Below, piece after piece: positions 28,333 through 38,676 of a stretch of DNA of 64,000 nt (positions are counted from its first letter, which is position 1; every line of letters begins with the position of its first letter). Below the pieces are notes generated by a model that worked only from the letters and a program-made list of their open reading frames with translations, was not told where the DNA came from and searched no databases. Position numbers and translations under genes: made by a program. The DNA comes from Nitrospira sp. (GTDB lineage: Bacteria; Nitrospirota; Nitrospiria; Nitrospirales; Nitrospiraceae): assembly GCA_047150005.1 (NCBI GenBank), contig AP038806.1, positions 192,001 through 256,000 on the forward strand. Direction: 5' to 3'.

Positions 28333-29505
28333 TTAGTGCGTTGCTGCTGCCGGCTTCGCTCCGGCCCCTTCACGCGGACAGCCGGCGGGGCGGGTCGCCT
28401 CCGCCGGCAGCTCGGATTCTCCGTAGATGTGGCCGGCGATCGCCTTGGCCACGTCGGACGACAACTCGTGTTGCATCACGCGAACCGCCTTGGCCGTCGC
28501 CTCCCGCTCCGATAGGTGTCCCTCTCTTCCACCCTTTGCAATGGAGCCGACCAGCCGCAATCCCTTCACCTCCACGACTTCAAAATCGCCGCACCAGCGG
28601 ACGAACATGAACTGCGGATCGCGCACGTCGATCGGCCAGACCCTGACGAATCCGTGCAGCAGCAACTCCGGCGCGGGTCCTCCCGATGCGCCGCCCGGGG
28701 CCGCGTCCGCCGCAGGACGGTCCACGATCTGCAGACCTTCCCGGATCAGACCTTCGCTGAGGGCCCGCTGCGCGGCCTGAGCCTGATCGCCGGTCACATC
28801 GATCGCGAACAACAGATTTGTCGCCAGAAACTGCTCCAGTTCCATCGTCAATTCATTCACCCGATAGGGGGATCCGGTTCCCTGTCCGCTCGGCCGGACG
28901 ACACGCAGGTCCGCATTGTAGGTTTCACGGAGCACGAGGTTGTGCGCGGCTCGCCGCAGCCCGCGGACCTTGGCCAGCTTGTCCGCCGACCGGTGCGCGT
29001 CGTCGACGTCGGCTTGAATGGCCCGATCCAGCTCGGTGATTTTCTCCATGAACGCCGTCTCGGCCTGTGCCCGCTGCATGGCCGCCAGGGCATAGTGCAG
29101 CTGCTTCTTCGAATCGAACCACCGGTCGGCGATTCTGACGTTTTCGAGCACTTTGTCCGTGGAAACCTTGGTGAGATTGTCGATGGTCAGACGCCGCTCG
29201 TCGCGGCTGTGTCCCCGCTGCTCGACGACCAAATATGATTCCCAGTCTCTTGCTTGGGCGGAGACTTCCGTCTTGAACACGCGGGCCAGGGCCGCATAGG
29301 CCTGATCCTCCGCCGTCGCGCTCCTGTCTGACTGCCCGACACCGGTGAGATACTGTTCGGGCGGATAGTCGGGACTCATCCCGTTGACCCACGCCGGTTT
29401 GGCCCGCCCACTGAACGAGGAACATCCGACGAGCAGCAGACCGACCGTCCAGATGAAGAGCGCGGGCATTCGCGCAGGCATCCGCCCAGGGATCCGATTA
29501 ATCAT
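28333..29505 (-). CDS. LPP20-family lipoprotein
   Basis: Lipobox LVGC, KPAWV, YLTGVG, AYAALARVF. Confidence 0.72.
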   Translation of the reverse strand: MINRIPGRMPARMPALFIWTVGLLLVGCSSFSGRAKPAWVNGMSPDYPPEQYLTGVGQSDRSATAEDQAYAALARVFKTEVSAQARDWESYLVVEQRGHSRDERRLTIDNLTKVSTDKVLENVRIADRWFDSKKQLHYALAAMQRAQAETAFMEKITELDRAIQADVDDAHRSADKLAKVRGLRRAAHNLVLRETYNADLRVVRPSGQGTGSPYRVNELTMELEQFLATNLLFAIDVTGDQAQAAQRALSEGLIREGLQIVDRPAADAAPGGASGGPAPELLLHGFVRVWPIDVRDPQFMFVRWCGDFEVVEVKGLRLVGSIAKGGREGHLSEREATAKAVRVMQHELSSDVAKAIAGHIYGESELPAEATRPAGCPREGAGAKPAAATH

Positions 29506-30977
29506 TGCACGACTCGCTGAATCAGAAACACCGTTTGCCCCGCCGCCAACGACAGGGAACGGCTTCCCGGCGCCCCGTCCCCGGTGAACCCGGCCCCCTT
29601 AACGTCATACTGACCCGGAGGCACCCACCGGCGGGCCAGATGGATTTGATCGGGCAACGTCCGCCAACTGCGCTTGTCCGCCTCTTCCGAGGCCACCGCA
29701 TAGCCGTGGGCGATCAGGCTCACCAGTAGTCCGACCCAATCGGCATTTTTTTGTCCCGCGGCGCTCTGCGATCCCCTCGTCGCGGCCTCCGCCATCGCGT
29801 ATTTTGTCGCCGCCCGGGCCACGGCTTTCACGGCGATGCCGGGCAGACGCTCCGACAACGCTTTCTCCGCGAGCGCGGTCACGTTCTGCACCGGCTCGGT
29901 CCTGACGGTGACGGGGGGACCGGCCGCGGCATCGAGCCTGACGGTATCCACCGGGACGTGCGTGGGCTGCGGAACCAGCCGCGGCAACGCCACGCGCACG
30001 ACGCGCCCGTTCAAGCCGTACAGGACGCTGTCCGCGGCGCGGTTCTGCGGAGTATTCGGGTTGGTGAGCGCCCGGTTGATCAGGACCAATTGCAGCGCAT
30101 CCATGCTGATGGGCAGGTCAAGAAACTGGTCCTCCTTACGCGGTGCGCGGCCATTATAGCTGATCACGACCACTTGGGCGAGATTCTGCTGCGCTTGAAT
30201 GGATTGCCACGACACGGTCGGAAAGGCCCGCTCGTAGGCGGTGAATTCCTGGGTCAAATGCAGTCCGTCCGTCGTTCTCAGCAGGTCCCTCTGCAACTGC
30301 GTCGGCTCCCCGACCTGCGACCAGCCCTTCGTCGAGTCGTAGGTTTCGTAGGCCTTGCGATAGGCGATGAACGCGTTGTTGACGTCGCCGGTGCTCTCGT
30401 AGAGGATGCCTGTGAGATAGCGGGCAAACCCGTCCTCCCGATAGGCGCTCTTGTCTTTGACCCGATCGGACAGCACGTTCAGGCGATGATCGATACGCCT
30501 GGCTTCCACCAGCGATTCCTGCCAGAGTCCCAGCATGGCATAGTTCAGCGCCTTGACGACGTTGATCATGACCTGTTCGTAGGGATCGCCTTCATAGGGC
30601 AGCACGTTGTCGTTCGTCATGAACGCGGCGGTCTCGGTGCGGATCTTTCTGGTGTAGAGCCGCTCGACCTCGTCATCCGACTGTTCCAACATGAGATTGC
30701 TCCGCTTGTAGTCGCCGGCGAGGTGAAGCGTCATCCCCCGATCCATGCCGTACAGGACGCGGCTCCTGTCGCCGTATTCGTCTTCCGCCTCTTTGATGGC
30801 CGCATCGGCGCCCTGGTAGTTGTGCGTCAGCAGGCTCCTGTCCGCCTGCACGTAGTGCTTTCCAGCAGAACCGCATCCGCTTGCGACGAGGAGCGCGGCG
30901 AGGGTGAGGGAGATCGACAGACAAACGCCCCACCGTCCAGGAGCCTGTACGGTGGGGCGTGAGACGAAGCAGCTCAA
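29502..30977 (-). CDS. COG3014-family lipoprotein
   Basis: Lipobox ASGC, PYEGDPYE, KALNY, ADKRSWRTLP. Confidence 0.78.
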   Translation of the reverse strand: MSCFVSRPTVQAPGRWGVCLSISLTLAALLVASGCGSAGKHYVQADRSLLTHNYQGADAAIKEAEDEYGDRSRVLYGMDRGMTLHLAGDYKRSNLMLEQSDDEVERLYTRKIRTETAAFMTNDNVLPYEGDPYEQVMINVVKALNYAMLGLWQESLVEARRIDHRLNVLSDRVKDKSAYREDGFARYLTGILYESTGDVNNAFIAYRKAYETYDSTKGWSQVGEPTQLQRDLLRTTDGLHLTQEFTAYERAFPTVSWQSIQAQQNLAQVVVISYNGRAPRKEDQFLDLPISMDALQLVLINRALTNPNTPQNRAADSVLYGLNGRVVRVALPRLVPQPTHVPVDTVRLDAAAGPPVTVRTEPVQNVTALAEKALSERLPGIAVKAVARAATKYAMAEAATRGSQSAAGQKNADWVGLLVSLIAHGYAVASEEADKRSWRTLPDQIHLARRWVPPGQYDVKGAGFTGDGAPGSRSLSLAAGQTVFLIQRVVQ

Positions 30978-30991
30978 CGGACTTCTAACTG

Positions 30992-31651
30992 TTAGAAAAC
31001 GGTGCGTTTCTTTTCGATCACTTTCTTGATTTTTTTCTGGCCGAACCAGACTTTGGCGTTGCTTTCCAAATCCACCATCTGGAGATCCACCTGGTAGAAC
31101 ATGGCTTTGGTGCCTTCGGCCTCGTCGAGAATCGTGGCGATGGTGCCCTTCATCATATAATCCGCGCCGATTTCCTTGCCGGGTGCTTTCTGCGTGTCTT
31201 CCCGGGCGTACATCGCCTGTTCCTTCCGCTCGTTGCGCACTTCGTCGCGTTCGCCCTTATTGGCTACGAAGGTCACTTTCTGGGAGTTCGTCAATTCGCG
31301 CTGGAGATCCGTGACGAAGGTTTGCGTGTTGATGTGCTCGTGGCTGTTATTGAGCACCGTGCCCACCACCACGACCGGCTGACGGTTCTTGGCCGCGCTG
31401 AAGTTGCCCAGCCAGGGATAATCGAGAGCCTCCTTCACCATGGCTTCCGCCACCATGCGGGAATCGGTATCGTTCCAGCGACCGCTGAGATCGGTGACCA
31501 CACCGGTATCCACGCGGGTCACTTTCGTCTCGCTTCCACAGCCGGCTAGCGTCAAAAATCCGAGGCACAACAGGGTCGCTCCCGCTGCGCCCCCACACCT
31601 CCGCCCACCAAAGCCCCCCATCTTACATCTGCTCCTTCGGAACCGGTTCAC
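30992..31651 (-). CDS. lpoB: LpoB-family penicillin-binding protein activator lipoprotein
   Basis: Lipobox LAGC, DLSGRWNDTD, NNSHEHIN, GADYMMKGTI, KVWFGQKKIKK. The start may be ATG 31621. Confidence 0.78.
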   Translation of the reverse strand: MNRFRRSRCKMGGFGGRRCGGAAGATLLCLGFLTLAGCGSETKVTRVDTGVVTDLSGRWNDTDSRMVAEAMVKEALDYPWLGNFSAAKNRQPVVVVGTVLNNSHEHINTQTFVTDLQRELTNSQKVTFVANKGERDEVRNERKEQAMYAREDTQKAPGKEIGADYMMKGTIATILDEAEGTKAMFYQVDLQMVDLESNAKVWFGQKKIKKVIEKKRTVF

Positions 31652-31660
31652 GAACGGCGA

Positions 31661-32227
31661 TCAATGGTTTGCGCGTTTGTCTTCTTCTTTTTCGAGACGC
31701 TCGAACGCCTTGTCGGCGTTCTTGCGCACGTAGTCTCTGACTTCGGCGTTCAGCTCCTTGGCGTGCTCCAGATTGTTCTTCATGTCTTCCAGATTCAGCT
31801 TGGTGAGGACGTAGTAGGTCCCAGTCTTGTCATCCTTGTACCGGTCGATGGGCCGCACACCGCTCAATGTGGTCGTGGTGATCGTCTTGATCGCCCGCTC
31901 GACGTTCTGTTCTTCGGCATTCCGGGTAAAGTCGCCGGCGGTGGTCGAGGCGGCGTAGTCTCTCATCAGATAGCCGGTATAGGTCTCGAACGTCTTGGCG
32001 ATTTCCGCGCGGCCCCGGTTCTCCGCCGTATCCCAGGCCAACGGCTCGTTTCTGACGCCGGTCACGGATCCCACGCCGAAAAACGCTTTGCTGTCCTTTT
32101 CGCTCATGGCGCCGGACCCTTGCTTGACCCACTTCGGAGGACCGCCGCACGCGGCGAGCCCGACGATCAGAACGAGAGCAACCCCACCACCGGCCAATTG
32201 TGAAAGGATTCCACGCGGCTGGCTCAT
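31661..32227 (-). CDS. LPP20-family lipoprotein
   Basis: SD AGGAGG; lipobox LAAC; PKWV, FFGVG, AENRGRAEIA. Confidence 0.78.
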   Translation of the reverse strand: MSQPRGILSQLAGGGVALVLIVGLAACGGPPKWVKQGSGAMSEKDSKAFFGVGSVTGVRNEPLAWDTAENRGRAEIAKTFETYTGYLMRDYAASTTAGDFTRNAEEQNVERAIKTITTTTLSGVRPIDRYKDDKTGTYYVLTKLNLEDMKNNLEHAKELNAEVRDYVRKNADKAFERLEKEEDKRANH

Positions 32228-32392
32228 GCGACTTCCTCCTTCGTGGCTACGGTCGATCCATCGGTGGACAACACGCGGTGAACAAACGCGAGAAATCGAG
32301 CGGATTTATGCTAACATGCACGTCCAGTTGAGTCAACGCGCGGAGCCCCGAGCGGGCATCGTTATGAGCCCGAGGGGAGAGGGAAAACCACT

Positions 32393-32563
32393 ATGGCGGA
32401 CGTACAGATTGAAGACGGCATCATCCGGATCGTCGGACTCGACGTGCAGGACCCGAAGGCAGCCGCAGTGCTGGCGGAATATCCTCAGGTGCGGTGGGCG
32501 GAGATCACGAGGCGCGCGCTGAAGATCGGCTTGGGCTATCTGAAAGGCGGGGGAAAAGACTAA
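32393..32563 (+). CDS. Small hypothetical protein (56 aa), not in the ORF track
   Basis: GGAGAGGG upstream; MADVQIEDGIIRIVGLDVQDPKAAAVLAEYPQVRWAEITRRALKIGLGYLKGGGKD; host-like codon use. Confidence 0.65.
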   Translation: MADVQIEDGIIRIVGLDVQDPKAAAVLAEYPQVRWAEITRRALKIGLGYLKGGGKD

Positions 32564-33969
32564 GGTTTTGCCGGTACGGAGTGATTGCCCCGCGCCACGG
32601 CCTCGCGGGCCCGGACATGGTTGCCGCCGAGTTCCAGATACCGCTGAAAGGCCTCGACGGCTTTCTGATTGTTCTTCAACTCATCCTCATACAGGACCCC
32701 GAGAGAAAAATAGACGTCCACATAGGTCGGATTGACCAAGAGGGCGTCCAGCATGGCCCGCTCGGCTTCCGGATACTGTCCCCTCTTTTCGTAGATCAGC
32801 CCGAGCGTGTAGTGCGAGTCGGGATTCTTCGGGGCATGCTGCACGGCCAGCTTGCCGGCCGACAAGGCTTCGTCGAGGTCGGGCAGGACTTCGAGCCGCA
32901 CATAGCTCTTCAACACATAGGCATCGCCGAATGCGGGATCATATTCCACCGCGCGGTTGAGCCGCTCCAACGCTTCGTCCGCCGACCTTCCGGTCTGCAA
33001 CAGCGCGAAGGCCTGCTCATACTGCAGCTTGGCCGCCTGTTTCCGCTCGGCCGGCGACTGCGGTTCTCCTCCGAGTCTGAACGCCGCCTTGCGGCCTTCG
33101 ATCAGAATCGTATCGCCGTCTCCTTCGAGCTGTGTGAACAGCGGGTGCTGGGCTCCCTTGGACTGCTCCTGGATCTGCTGGCTTGCGTAGCGTCCCAGCT
33201 CGGAGGCCATCAGCCACCCGTTGTTGTCCAGATCCGCGGCCCCCGACAGCCCCTTGGCGAGAACCTGAACGAACAGGCTTCGATCCTGCGTCCTGATGAC
33301 CGTCTCCCCTTTGTCTCCCGCCGTCAAAACCTGGACCGCCCGCTTTTCCTGATCGTCCTCCGGTGTGACCCGCCCTTCCAGGGACAACGGCTGTGCCGCG
33401 CTGACCTCCCATCCTCGCACGGGCACATCGAGCAGCAAGAGCGTGTGCTTCGAGGCGCTGCGCCGGCTGAATTCCTTGAGCTGGTCGAACGTCACCGCCT
33501 TGGACACGTTGTTGGGCTGCGCATCCCAAGGAACCAGATAGCCCGCGTCGTTGCCTGATTGGTCGCGCGTCACTCCCGCATGGCCGACGAAATAGATCAC
33601 CAGACGGTCTTGGCGCCCGACCTTGCGGGGAAGAAAATCGGACAGCAGTTGCTGGAGGCGCCGGAAGCTGGCGTCATTGTCGTACAGCTCCACCACCTCT
33701 TCAAAGCCCAGCCCGCGCAAGGCCTGGGCCATCGCCTTGCCGTCTTCTTTTGCGCCGGGCAGCTTGGGCGCGACCACGTAGTTTTCGATTCCGATCACGA
33801 CCGCCCAGGACTTGTAGTACAACCCCTCCGGCTTTCCCATTTGAGCCCAGGCGGAGGACGCGGAGGATGTGATGGACGCGAGAAGCAGGCAGGAGCACAG
33901 CGATCGAAAGAGGATGCGGACGCGACTGGGAAACCGTGGCGACATAGGCAAGAACCGGCGTGGAACCAC
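32560..33969 (-). CDS. Exported caspase-fold (peptidase C14-like) plus TPR protein
   Basis: Signal peptide; SWAVVIGIENY, DRLVIYFVGH, GYLVPWD, ADLDNNG; C-terminal TPRs. Promoter TTGACA-N18-TAGGCT at 34010-33981. Confidence 0.82.
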   Translation of the reverse strand: MVPRRFLPMSPRFPSRVRILFRSLCSCLLLASITSSASSAWAQMGKPEGLYYKSWAVVIGIENYVVAPKLPGAKEDGKAMAQALRGLGFEEVVELYDNDASFRRLQQLLSDFLPRKVGRQDRLVIYFVGHAGVTRDQSGNDAGYLVPWDAQPNNVSKAVTFDQLKEFSRRSASKHTLLLLDVPVRGWEVSAAQPLSLEGRVTPEDDQEKRAVQVLTAGDKGETVIRTQDRSLFVQVLAKGLSGAADLDNNGWLMASELGRYASQQIQEQSKGAQHPLFTQLEGDGDTILIEGRKAAFRLGGEPQSPAERKQAAKLQYEQAFALLQTGRSADEALERLNRAVEYDPAFGDAYVLKSYVRLEVLPDLDEALSAGKLAVQHAPKNPDSHYTLGLIYEKRGQYPEAERAMLDALLVNPTYVDVYFSLGVLYEDELKNNQKAVEAFQRYLELGGNHVRAREAVARGNHSVPAKP

Positions 33970-34135
33970 TCTGAAAATTCAGCCTACTCTTGCCTTCCCG
34001 TGACTGTCAAGAAACACTCAAGCGGAAAAGAGGTCACAGATCCCCGCGCCGCGCCCGCGCCAGATTGCATAGTTTCCCCGGACCAAGGTATGGTTGGGGC
34101 CGAGTGACACGGCGCCGACCAAGGAGCGCGGGACT

Positions 34136-36025
34136 ATGGCGGACAACATCGAGACCCTTCTGAAGGAAAGCCGGGTGTACCGGCCGACGTCCAAGACGAT
34201 TTCCGCAGCCTACGTTCAGGATTACGAGACCGCCTACAAGCGGTCGATCGCCGATCCGGAGGGTTTCTGGAGCGGTATGGCCAAGGAATTGGAATGGTTC
34301 ACTCCGTGGAAATCGGTGCTCGAGTGGAACTATCCGTGGGCCAAGTGGTTCGTCGGTGCGACCTGCAACATCGCCTACAACTGCCTCGACCGTCACATTG
34401 CCACCTGGCGAAAGAACAAAGTCGCGCTGATTTGGGTGGGGGAAAACGACCAGGAGCGGATCTTCACCTACGCCGAACTGCACCGGCAGGTCAACCGGTG
34501 CGCCAATGCTCTAAAAAAAGTTGGAATCCGCAAGGGCGACCGCGTCACGATCTATCTTCCCAAGATCCCGGAACAGGTCGTGGCCATGCTCGCCTGCGCG
34601 AGAATCGGCGCGATCCACAGCGTCGTCTATTCGGGGTTCAGCGCTCCGGCTTTGTCGAGCCGTATCAATGACGCGGAAGCGAAGCTCGTCATCACGGCCG
34701 ACGTAGGGTTCGACCGCGGCAAGGTCATCAATCTCAAGCCGGTCGTGGACGAAGCCGTGAAGAACTGCGCCACGGTGGAACACGTGGTCGTGGTGCGGAG
34801 GGAGAGTCCAGGGCAGGCATTGTCTGCCCCTAAGGAAATCGACTGGCACGACTGGCTCCGGCACGAGGCGCCGCACTGTCCCGCGGAGCCGCTTGACTCG
34901 GAGGCCCCCCTCTACATCCTGTACACGTCCGGCACCACCGGGAAACCGAAGGGCGTCGTCCACGTGCATGGCGGCTACATGGTGGGCACCTACGCCACGA
35001 CGAAATACGTCTTCGACCTGAAGGACGACGATGTCTATTTCTGCGTGGCGGATCCCGGCTGGGTGACGGGCCACAGTTATATCGTGTACGGCCCCTTGCT
35101 CAACGGCGCGACGATTTTGACGGCCGAGGGCAAGCCGGACTATCCCACTCCCGGACGCTGGTGGGATCTGATCGAACGCTACGGTGTGTCGATCTTCTAT
35201 ACGACGCCGACCGCCATCCGGCTGTTGATGCGCTATGGCGAAGACTGGCCGAAGAAATCCGATCTGTCCACGCTGCGCATTCTGGGCAGCGTCGGGGAGC
35301 CCATCAACCCGGAGGCCTGGGAATGGTTCCACCGGGTGACGGGCAGCGACAAGCCCATCATGGACACGTGGTGGCAAACGGAAACCGGTTCGATCCTCAT
35401 CACGCCGCTCCCCAGCGTCCCGCTGAAGCCTGGGTCGGCGACGAGACCCTTCCTCGGCATCGAGGCGGACGTCGTCGATCGGCAAGGCAACAGCCTTCCC
35501 GCAAACGCCGGCGGCTTCGCCGTGATCAAGAAGCCCTGGCCCTCGATGATGCGGACCATCTATAAGGATCCGGACCGCTACACAACGTACTGGACCACGA
35601 TCCCGAATTGCTACACGGCCGGCGACGTCTGCCACAAGGACGACGACGGCTACATGTGGTTCATGGGCCGCGCCGACGACGTGATCAAAGTGGCGGGCAA
35701 CCGGCTCGGGACCGCCGAGGTGGAGAGCGCGCTCGTCAGCCACCACGCGGTGGCCGAGGCCGCGGTGATCGGCAAGCCGCACAAGACGGTCGGGGAATCC
35801 ATCAAGGCCTTCATCATCCTGAAGCAGGGAGAGAAGGAAACTCCGGAGCTGATCCACTCCATCAAAGAGCAGGTCAAACACGAACTGGGAAAGATCGCGG
35901 TGCCGGCTGAGATCGACATCGTGACTTCGCTGCCCAAGACCCGTTCCGGCAAGATCATGCGGCGGGTGCTCAAGGCCAAGGAGCTGGGGCAGGATCCCGG
36001 CGACATTTCGACCATCGAAGAGTAG
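34136..36025 (+). CDS. acs: Acetyl-CoA synthetase
   Basis: YTSGTTGKPKG, WVTGHSY, SVGEPIN, DTWWQTETG, PKTRSGKIMRR. Confidence 0.96.
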   Translation: MADNIETLLKESRVYRPTSKTISAAYVQDYETAYKRSIADPEGFWSGMAKELEWFTPWKSVLEWNYPWAKWFVGATCNIAYNCLDRHIATWRKNKVALIWVGENDQERIFTYAELHRQVNRCANALKKVGIRKGDRVTIYLPKIPEQVVAMLACARIGAIHSVVYSGFSAPALSSRINDAEAKLVITADVGFDRGKVINLKPVVDEAVKNCATVEHVVVVRRESPGQALSAPKEIDWHDWLRHEAPHCPAEPLDSEAPLYILYTSGTTGKPKGVVHVHGGYMVGTYATTKYVFDLKDDDVYFCVADPGWVTGHSYIVYGPLLNGATILTAEGKPDYPTPGRWWDLIERYGVSIFYTTPTAIRLLMRYGEDWPKKSDLSTLRILGSVGEPINPEAWEWFHRVTGSDKPIMDTWWQTETGSILITPLPSVPLKPGSATRPFLGIEADVVDRQGNSLPANAGGFAVIKKPWPSMMRTIYKDPDRYTTYWTTIPNCYTAGDVCHKDDDGYMWFMGRADDVIKVAGNRLGTAEVESALVSHHAVAEAAVIGKPHKTVGESIKAFIILKQGEKETPELIHSIKEQVKHELGKIAVPAEIDIVTSLPKTRSGKIMRRVLKAKELGQDPGDISTIEE

Positions 36026-36076
36026 CGCATCGCATCCCTGAAACTGACCGTTGATCGAGACCAATAGGAGGCCGGT

Positions 36077-36547
36077 ATGATGAAGTCCGTGAATCTTGCG
36101 CCGATGGCACTCATCGGCGCGGTGCTCTGGTTCTGCCCGACGCTCGCCCCCTCGCCCGCCTTCGCGGCGGACAAAGACAAGCAGGCCAAGACACCAAAGG
36201 CCGCGCCGCAGGCCAAGGCCCCCAAACCTAAACAGGACAAGTCGAAATTTCAGTCGGCCGAGACGGCGGGTAAAGCGGAGGCCTGCTTCGGCGTCGCGCC
36301 CAAGATCGAGAAGCTCACACCGGATGAGGGAAAGGCCGGAGACAGCGTGACCATCAAGGGAGCCCAGTTCGGTCCGGTGAACTGTCTGCGTGGTGTGTCG
36401 TTCGGACCGGGCCGCCCCGCCAAGTTTACGTTCAAGAACGACCAGACCGTCACCGCGACCGTCCCGTCTGGCGGGCGCAAGGGGCTCGCGATCGTGACCG
36501 TCACGACGGCCTCTGGAGAGGACTCGAAGGCCTTTCTGATGAAGTAA
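36077..36547 (+). CDS. Exported IPT/TIG-domain protein
   Basis: SD GGAGG; signal peptide; PKIEKLTPDEGKAGDSVTIKGAQF. Confidence 0.75.
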   Translation: MMKSVNLAPMALIGAVLWFCPTLAPSPAFAADKDKQAKTPKAAPQAKAPKPKQDKSKFQSAETAGKAEACFGVAPKIEKLTPDEGKAGDSVTIKGAQFGPVNCLRGVSFGPGRPAKFTFKNDQTVTATVPSGGRKGLAIVTVTTASGEDSKAFLMK

Positions 36548-36586
36548 CCGTCCGCGAGGACGGCAGCCGCCGTCGATCGTCCGAAT

Positions 36587-36808
36587 ATGAAGTGGTCGAG
36601 AAAACCAGGAGAGCCGATCTACCAGCGACGGCACATGGTGGCTCTCCTGCTTGCCGTCTGCCTGCCGATCGTTCTACTGCAGCTCTATAAGATATACATC
36701 GGGCCCATCAGCTTTTTCGTTCAACTGACCCTGGCGGTCGTCGTGTCCATCTTCGCCGGCCTCGCCCTCTACCTGCTCTATCACTCTTCCGCCAGAAACG
36801 AACCGTGA
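36587..36808 (+). CDS. Small two-TM membrane protein
   Basis: 73 aa with two hydrophobic segments. Confidence 0.55.
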   Translation: MKWSRKPGEPIYQRRHMVALLLAVCLPIVLLQLYKIYIGPISFFVQLTLAVVVSIFAGLALYLLYHSSARNEP

Positions 36809-36846
36809 ACCGTGTTTTGGTCCGACTGCAGGTCAATATCCATCCG

Positions 36847-37083
36847 TTAGGCGACAATCCTTCGCATGTCGTCATACTGATCCTTCGAAAGTTCGCCGGC
36901 TGCATAGCGGCGGTCGAGGATCTGTCGTGACGTTTCGTGTTGATGATCTCCGCTTGTTCCACATCCCGGTCGAACACCGCGACGCCAGATGACGATCATT
37001 GTGCCCATCATCACGACAAAAAGCAGAAGAGGGACTATCCACATAAAACCCATCTCTGTCCCAGGTACACACGATGGCCACAT
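36847..37083 (-). CDS. SHOCT-domain membrane protein
   Basis: SD GGAGG; TM followed by QILDRRYAAGELSKDQYDDMR. Confidence 0.8.
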   Translation of the reverse strand: MWPSCVPGTEMGFMWIVPLLLFVVMMGTMIVIWRRGVRPGCGTSGDHQHETSRQILDRRYAAGELSKDQYDDMRRIVA

Positions 37084-37172
37084 AAAAACCTCCCAATTGT
37101 ATTAGAGCCTCAGTGGTGAAAACTCTACGAGGATATGTCTTTGGCAAGGGCAAGCCCCAAACCTTGGTTTGC

Positions 37173-37934
37173 TCATTGATTTCGTCCGGCCATCACTCCG
37201 CCATCCACGTCCCACACTGCACCGGTCACCCAGCTCGCGGCATCGCTCAAAAGAAAATCAATGACCGCACTAACATCCGCAGGTGTACCGATCCGGCCAA
37301 TTGGATGAAAGCCATTAAAACTCGCGAGTGCTTCGCTGATTTCCTCCGGCTTGATGAACGCCCCATAGATGGGCGTTTCGACGACTGCCGGTGAGACGGC
37401 ATTGACGCGAATGCCGTGCTCGGCCAGCTCCATGGCGAGATGCTGCGTCAGGGCGTGCATGCCAGCTTTGGCCATCGAGTAGGCGGAGGATGGTGTCGCC
37501 TTGATCGCCTGCCTGGCCCACATTGAGCCGATATTGACGATGCTGCCTTTGACTCCCGCGTCCACCATGCGCTGTGCGACCGCTTGCGTAAGAAAGAAGA
37601 AGGATTCATTGATGTCGTGGTATTGACGATATTGCTCCCGTGTGTGCTTAAGGAACGGCGTGGGGAAGAAATACCCGGCGGAGTTTACGAGATAGTCGAA
37701 CGCAGGCCCGGAGGAAATCTCCCCGGCGAAAGCGTCTACCTGCGAACGATTATAGAGGTCGACCACCTTGGTGGTGACGCGCTGTGCCCCAGCTTGCCGG
37801 ACTGCGGCGGCGGCTCTGTCCAGTTTGGAGATATCGCGTCCGACGAGGGTGATGACCGCCTCATGCGCGGCGAGGCGTTTGGCCGTGTCAAAGCCTATGC
37901 CGGTTGAGCCCCCGATAATCAATGCGTGTCTCAT
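37173..37934 (-). CDS. SDR family oxidoreductase
   Basis: GGSTGIG, NSAG, YSMAK, RVNAVSP, VDGG; SD GGAGG before ATG 37934. Confidence 0.9.
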   Translation of the reverse strand: MRHALIIGGSTGIGFDTAKRLAAHEAVITLVGRDISKLDRAAAAVRQAGAQRVTTKVVDLYNRSQVDAFAGEISSGPAFDYLVNSAGYFFPTPFLKHTREQYRQYHDINESFFFLTQAVAQRMVDAGVKGSIVNIGSMWARQAIKATPSSAYSMAKAGMHALTQHLAMELAEHGIRVNAVSPAVVETPIYGAFIKPEEISEALASFNGFHPIGRIGTPADVSAVIDFLLSDAASWVTGAVWDVDGGVMAGRNQ

Positions 37935-38147
37935 CGTTTGATGCCTCCCCTGCGATCGGTTGAAGTCTCGACCATCCACAATGCGATTGACCGGATTGGA
38001 ACGTCATAATTTAGCGGCTACGTCAACCGTTCCAGGCCCACGCTGACACGATGCTGATCGCAAGGAACCGGTCCTGTTTATCCTGCAGATAGATCCATCC
38101 AACGCCCGAAGGTGTTCTTTGCTCAAGGTCAACATTATCGGAGGTAT

Positions 38148-38597
38148 CTAAGGCTTCGCGAATGATCGGACGTAGGTGATCACCTTCCAGGCGTCTTCTT
38201 CGGTTAGCACAAGGGGAACAAATGAGGCCATGGCCGTCCCCTTGCTTCCATGCTTCAGGATCCAGAACAGTTCACCGTCTGTCCGCGCCGCTTGCCAATC
38301 CGTATCGGTGAAGTTTCTAGGCAGCGGCCCCCTAAAACTGTCCGGCTCGATGTCGGAGCCCAGGCCTTTGCCATCCAGGCCATGACAGGTGCGACAAAAC
38401 CCCTTCCCCTCAAAAATGCGCTTGCCCTGTTCAATGATGGCAGGGGTCTGGGGATAGGGGTTCGTCGCCTGCCTCGCGCTGTCTAGTTGGTCTGGAGGGA
38501 CGCGCGGTCTCAAGACTGCTGAGTCAGCCGACCACACCATGGACGATGTTACCGCTATGAACAACGCAGCAGTCATGAGCCTGTTGGACCTATGCAT
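38148..38597 (-). CDS. Periplasmic monoheme cytochrome c
   Basis: Signal peptide, CRTCH, RTDGELFWILKHG, distal Met (GTAM). Confidence 0.88.
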   Translation of the reverse strand: MHRSNRLMTAALFIAVTSSMVWSADSAVLRPRVPPDQLDSARQATNPYPQTPAIIEQGKRIFEGKGFCRTCHGLDGKGLGSDIEPDSFRGPLPRNFTDTDWQAARTDGELFWILKHGSKGTAMASFVPLVLTEEDAWKVITYVRSFAKP

Positions 38598-38676
38598 GGT
38601 GCATCCTTCAATAGCTCGAGTGGCGGCGCGGCAAGTAGTCAGACGAGCCTTGGCCGCTTGCCGTTTCCGTGTGTGA

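Noticed and set aside
34511..36634. 707-aa minus-strand ORF (likewise 54749-56314, 41720-43030, 29751-30962, 6228-7319)
   Set aside because: All lie antisense to well-supported genes and show no recognisable domains.
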